DNA of 64,000 bases from the human T2T-CHM13v2.0 reference genome, Homo sapiens: assembly GCF_009914755.1 (NCBI RefSeq), contig NC_060925.1. The stretch is one strand, 5' to 3'. Numbering within the stretch: position 1 is the stretch's first letter; every line of letters starts with the position of its first letter. Of the stretch, positions 57,800-64,000 are shown in pieces. Made by a program: the position numbers and the translations under genes. Under the pieces are notes generated by a model. The model saw only the letters and a list, made by a program, of their open reading frames with translations. It searched no databases and was not told the DNA's origin.

Positions 57800-58140
57800 G
57801 AAAGCTAACAATATTAAGGGTAGTTATTCAGACTCCCTGAGAGTCAAGCTGCATCTTGAACCAACTTCTCCAAACAGACTCAGCCACGTGAGAGCTGAAA
57901 AACACAGTATCACAAGGCAGGGCCATGCTCCTGCTGACAAACAAGCACAGTCATGAACACACTTGGCTGTTCTGTGCAGCTGGAATCCCAGTTTCCAGGG
58001 TCTAGCTACATGGGTGTCAGCCTAGATCCTGGGCTTCCAGCCCTTCTATTTTGTAAGCACCTAATTACCCCTATTAAGTAGCTTTCTGATGAAATTAGTT
58101 CAACTGGTTTTTGTTATCTGGAATTGAACTCTAATTTGGT
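57800..58140 (+). mobile_element. LTR33-like (ERVL) LTR
   Basis: 3' end cagcccttctattttgtaagcacctaattacccctattaa...tggtttttgttatctgg. Confidence 0.6.
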
Positions 58141-59788
58141 GTTCATCAATTGTTTGTCGAATGAATGCACTTGGTAAACATTGGCTCCACCCACAAGGTC
58201 GACCTTAAATCAATTATTCACACCTGGGCTCCTGAAATCACCTGCTGATTCTCAAAGGGGATGATTCATTAACAAGTAAGAGAAAGTTTCCGAGAAATGC
58301 CTCCAGTAGAATTTTAAAATGCAGTAAAAAGAAAAAAAAAAGTCACTGTAAAATACCACGTGGAAAAAGAAGTGGCTTTTTGTTCTTACATTTTACCGTT
58401 ATCTAGAAAACTAATGAAGTGGCTTATTTTTGTCACTTAGTTCCAATTAAAATAGAGTATTGCTGTTTTCTAAATGACCACAAAACTACAAGTAAGAAAA
58501 GATTATTCAAGGTTTACATTCTGAAATAAATGGTTTGTGTGAAGTTGGGAACTAGCAGAATTATTAGAGTGAACAATGCTTTGAATCCTCAGATTTAGGT
58601 TGAAGATTTGACCTTTGAGAATCTATAGTTAAATGCTGTTTATTCTTGTGAATCCCATAAAAGGCCTGGAGCTTCAACGGATTAACTTAAGGCTTAAATG
58701 GTAAGCATCAACCTGAACATTCTGGGACAAGGCCTGACTCCTAACCACTGGAATGAGCAAGGAAGCAAAGAGCTCTCCTCTGAATTTCTTAGGTGCAAGA
58801 ACAGCAGTTGGACTCCCCAAGCTAATGCATTTCTATGAAATTATTGTCTTCTTACTGAAGCTTCCTGGCCCAAGACTTATGCCTCTCTACCTGAAAAATG
58901 CCTTTTCCTTCAGCAATGCTGTGATTTTTTCAATTCTGAAGGCTGAATGATCAGCACCACTTCAGTTTAGTTAAGGATTCACTTGGCTAGCCCAGACTAC
59001 CATGCGTTGACTGACAAGTACAGGTGCTGTCTAAAAGGAGATTAGAAGAGCATTGACTTGCGTTACAGGAGATCGGAGGGTTAGTGAGTCCTTTTTGCAA
59101 TCAAGAAATAATCAGCCGTGTTCTTAGGAGATTTCACTCTGTTGTAACTGAATGTGATGCTGTACTGGAAAAAAAAAAATAAAGCAGAGTGCTGGGCCTG
59201 GGATAATGGTCCAGCTTGTCTGGACCCCATGTCCCCTCATCATGGGAGAAAGCATTTATTCCTTCTCTCTTTCACTCTTTGCTACAACAGATATCAAGTG
59301 AGCATGTACATGCAGCACACTCTGCGTGGCAGGCACTGGATATTCCTGAGTGAACAAAAGATGCACAGTCATTGATGTCATGGTGATCACAATCAAGTAG
59401 GGTGGAGCAGACAATAAACAAACACATAGATAAAACTGCAAATCCTTAAAGGTCTTATTGGATGCCAGAGATAAATACTTCCACTAAAAATGTCTTAGAC
59501 AGTAAAGAGATTTAAAAACTAAGACATAGGGTGGTTCCAACAGTGGTCCAGCGACTCAGTCATGCCACTAAGGACCCAGAACTTTCTATCTTCTCAAGTT
59601 CCATCTTCAGCATGCTGAAACTTTCTACTTCAGTGGCTTTTTGAGATATTTTTCTAAAGACAGTTCCTTCTCCACAAGAAAATTAACAGCACCTGTTAGA
59701 TAAAATTCAAAATTAAATTATTTACAGAAAGTTGTTATTAGCCTGCACTTAACTTGCATCTCTTTGATGGGCTTAGTGTACAATGTTA

Positions 59789-60163
<375 letters not shown>

Positions 60164-60329
60164 TTAAAGCATTTGCAATGTCTGTTCTCATACAGTTTGT
60201 TCAAGTAATGCTGTCTACACAGTCTGCACCAGAATGCAAAATTTTGAAGAGAACTAGCCCCAATCCTTGTCTATACTCCTTTTCATTCTGCCCCAGTGCC
60301 ATCTCCTATTACAAGAAGCTTCACACATA

Positions 60330-60960
60330 GACACAGGAACACACTAGCCCGTACACCCACACTCCAGTCACAGACTGTACAAGATCAGCCATAGTCACTG
60401 GTGTGCTTTGGGGTGCTCATACCTGTGTGCTGCCTGCTCTTAAAAGAAGACACCTGGGCAAGAGGCCCTCGCAGGCCCTGGAAGTAGGCTTTGGCCACTT
60501 GGACATAAAAGTCTGGGGTTCTAGCCTCCTAGAGGGATAGCCACTTTATGTCTTTAAAGAACTCTAGGTGCCTTTGTATTTGTGGGCCCCCTTTTCCATA
60601 AAATAAATCACAAGTTATGTCTTACGACTGTGTTGGTATAGAAATAAATATATTAATATGATGTCAGATATGTTTTCAACCTAAAAGTTCATTCTTTTTT
60701 TTCTGATTTTAAAAGAAATTTGAACATTTTTGTGGCCCCTAACAGTAATAGGGGCCCTTGGCACTCCACCTATTGTACCTAAAAGATAAATCTGCCTGCC
60801 CGGAGCTTAGTCTTGAAGGGGGAAGGAGTGTGTGCTCTAATTTGGCCTAGAGATTCCTTGCCCCATGGGAAGAGGCATAGCCAGAGCAGACCCTTAAGTC
60901 TGGACCCTTAAGTCACAGGGCTCAGATTTGGGGTTCCTCATCCACAAGGCTAAGTGTGTT
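60330..60960. mobile_element. MER115/Zaphod-like hAT relic, split by the element below
   Basis: gaggccctcgcaggccctggaagtaggc...ctggggttct | ...gtcttgaagggg...ccttgccccatgg. Confidence 0.45.
60532..60798 (-). mobile_element. MER96B-like hAT MITE
   Basis: gtgggcccc...gactgtgttggtata...cctaaaagttcattc...ttctgattttaaaagaaatt...ggcccct...gggcccttggcact. Confidence 0.65.
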
Positions 60961-61614
60961 ACCATTTCATAATAAACATGTGCACTCAAGTGGGCAGTGA
61001 ATTTTATTATTATGAAGAGCGTTGAGTTAATACTTGTTCTGCATTTGTATTAGTAAAGATCACATTCTGGTGGCTCTCCTCCATAAGAGAACAGCTGGCT
61101 CTGAAAAATGAAAGAACTTCTAGGGAGTCAAAACAACATCTTGCAACTTCTAAATAACAATTTTTCCAGGTTCTTTGCTTCAGTGTTTCAAAAAAATAAA
61201 TCTCAGGGTTTAGTTTGAGATTGGGAACTCTGTTACACTATTTTTTCTTGATATATTAGACAACACAGAATTAACCAAGAAGGCTAGGAGAAAACTCTGG
61301 GTGCCTGTGAAGTTCTATGAACCACCTCTCTTACCTCTAGTGTATACAGAGTGGACTAGGTGTTTAGTGTTATCCTCTGAAGTAGCTGTAGTTTGCTTCT
61401 CCTCCTCCCATTCAAATACTTTAAGCTTCTCAGTACTTCTCTCTGGAAAATACTGGGAGTGTGACCCCACCAGTTAGTAGAAGTTGGAGTGCCACAGGGC
61501 TGGGTGAGCTCAGAGCAGGAGCAGGAATGCCACCATCAGCCTGTGGGACTCTCCCCTTCTCACACCATCTTTCCATGTTCTGCCCATCATCCCACCTGTA
61601 AAGCATTAATAACT

Positions 61615-61850
61615 AGGACATCCTGTTTTCTTTCTCTCTTCCCACCCCACTCCATCCCTCCTAAATAGCTCTCAAATCTTCCACGTCTTCTTCATCTCAA
61701 AGCCAGTATCCCAGCTAAGGACCTCACTGTCTCTTACCCGAACTCTTGCAATACACCCATTCCTGGTTTCCCTGACTCTGATCCTTCCCCTCCCTCCCTA
61801 CATTTCCATATTAAATTGCAATAGGAGGGATCTCACATAGATCTGTGCTG
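61615..61850 (+). mobile_element. L2 fragment
   Basis: cctcctaaatagctctcaaatc...tcactgtctcttacc...ttgcaata...ctggtttccctgactct. Confidence 0.55.
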
Positions 61851-62005
61851 CCAGGTACCTCTCCCAAACTGGAGTTCAGGGAAATGTTTCAGTAGATATT
61901 AAATATATATTTTATCTTGCCCCCTTTGGTACAATCTTTTATTCTATTGTTTTTAGGGTGTGCAACAATTAAGTCCCTTCTCTCCCTGGTCCCAAAGACA
62001 CTCTG

Positions 62006-62350
<345 letters not shown>

Positions 62351-63249
62351 CTATTTGTCTTTTTTAATTTCAGTGAGGAAAAAAGGACCCCTCTTATAGC
62401 AAGAGGCATAGGCCCCTCAAAGAATTTAATTACCCTTTACTTCCTATCAAATACAATGACAAAAACTATTTAGATATCATCAGCACTATGTTCAGTCCTC
62501 ATCTGGAGACTTGAGACTGTGGTGGTAACACCTCTATAGTAGACATCCAGAGGGAGCCCATGCCTAGAGTTAGGTATCTGTTGGGAATTCCCAGGCTGTC
62601 ATTCAGGTTAACAGAGGGAACTCTTTTCATTATATTTCTTAAGGTAGGGTTTTGGGGAAGGGATGGAATCCACGAAATTTGTCCATTAAAGAGGTCTATA
62701 AAATATTTTGCATTTTGTTCCTCGTGCAAAGTACCTGCACTTGTTTTATTCCTCTTATTGAACATGCAAATAACTAACAAGAAGGACTAAGAGAAGTCTA
62801 TTACTCTCCATTGTTCTGTAGTAAACAGGAAAATTAGTCACATAGTGTTGCCAGGTTATCGTCAGCACCTATTTGGGAAGTTTCTTGGGGATTCCCACAC
62901 AACAATTATAAACACATTTTTGACTTTGCATTTAAATGTTTTATTGGCAAACAGATAAATTAGAGGGTGAAATTATTCATACTACAGAAAGATGCTTCAC
63001 AACAGCAAAAGATCACAAGGCATTTACTATGGCATTTATTCAAGTTTTGTTTCCACATCACTAAATAATTCAGAGGAGAAAAAACTAAAATGGGGAGTGT
63101 TCTAGGCCACTGTTGATAACATATCCATCCATCAAAAATGAAATTGTAATGACAAAGGACATTAGTATGTCAATGGTTAATTTATGTTTTACAATTTTTA
63201 TTTCTTTAGACAGAAAGCTAAGCACTTGATAACCCTATTAAATCTTTTT

Positions 63250-63965
63250 CATGCTCTTTCTTGCCTACCTGATATATAAGATGTTTCATCCTGCACGTTC
63301 CTTCAACTTTATTTCTCTTTGCTCTCCGACTCACTCAAACTCTATTTTACCTTCAAACTCATTTCTGAACTATTTCCTGTGCTTGTCTTGCTCTACACTC
63401 CATTCCTACCTATCCCCAGTCCATCACCTGACAAACTCATACTCCTGTAAGACTCAGATTGGGCCTCACTGCTTCATAGGTACTCTTCTGACTTCCCTTG
63501 AGTTTACTGAAGTCCCCTTCTTGCACACTTCCTTTATGCCTTCCATATACCTCTATTAGAGCACAGATAACATGGAACTCTTGGTAACCTCCCCCACTAG
63601 ATTACAAGTTTTTTGAGGACCAGAGTTGCCTTCCTCTTTTCATAACCAGGGTGCTGGTGTTCAACACCTCCTCATGAATCACTCCAGTTCAAATCCTGCC
63701 TCTTCCATGATACGTTATCCAACCTCAGCAGCCTAGAATACTCCCTTACATTCCTACTCTCCAAAACAAATGAAACTTCCAAAGCACTTGTTTATATTTT
63801 GCTTTGTGAACAGCTCTTTTCAAGGAAATGTGCAAAACACAGTCCTTATCTTTTAACCACAATATTAGATATATCAAAATAGTTAGAATACTATGGACAC
63901 TCCTAGGATTGGGCCACACTAAATAGTGGCTATTTCATAAGTGCTTGCTCAGCTTAATGGAATTA
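63250..63965 (+). mobile_element. L2 fragments
   Basis: aactcatactcctgtaagactcag; ccccactagattacaagttttttgaggaccagag; ttcaaatcctgcctcttccatga; cataagtgcttg. Confidence 0.6.
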
Positions 63966-64000
63966 GTGTGAAAGACGAAATAGTGGGGTCTGGCATTGTG

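Overview
Human genomic DNA: AT-rich, non-coding (intronic or intergenic) and dominated by interspersed repeats. An AluYa5 points to human rather than another primate. No protein-coding exon, RNA gene, CRISPR array or prokaryotic system can be supported; the longer ORFs in the track lie inside L1, LTR12C or Alu. Main elements: a near-full-length old L1PA with an internal ORF2 deletion (18.6-24.3 kb), a MER39-type LTR with MER4-group internal sequence (14.1-18.2 kb), an intact solo LTR12C with seven CCAAT boxes (34733-36175), a 5'-truncated AluYa5, a MADE1 (miR-548-type) hairpin, and many MaLR, ERVL, L2, L3, MIR and hAT relics. The signal the repeat annotation does not explain is a set of short, locally templated insertions copied from 1-2 kb away: an exact 43-bp inverted copy of a neighbouring Alu placed in an L3, a 79-bp ERV-internal copy in its own LTR, a 114-bp patchwork from three donors, an L1 tail copy inside the same L1, and a fold-back palindrome. 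They look like fossil DNA-repair or template-switch scars of different ages. Repeat subfamily names come from recalled consensus sequences, not from a search; boundaries of old elements are approximate.
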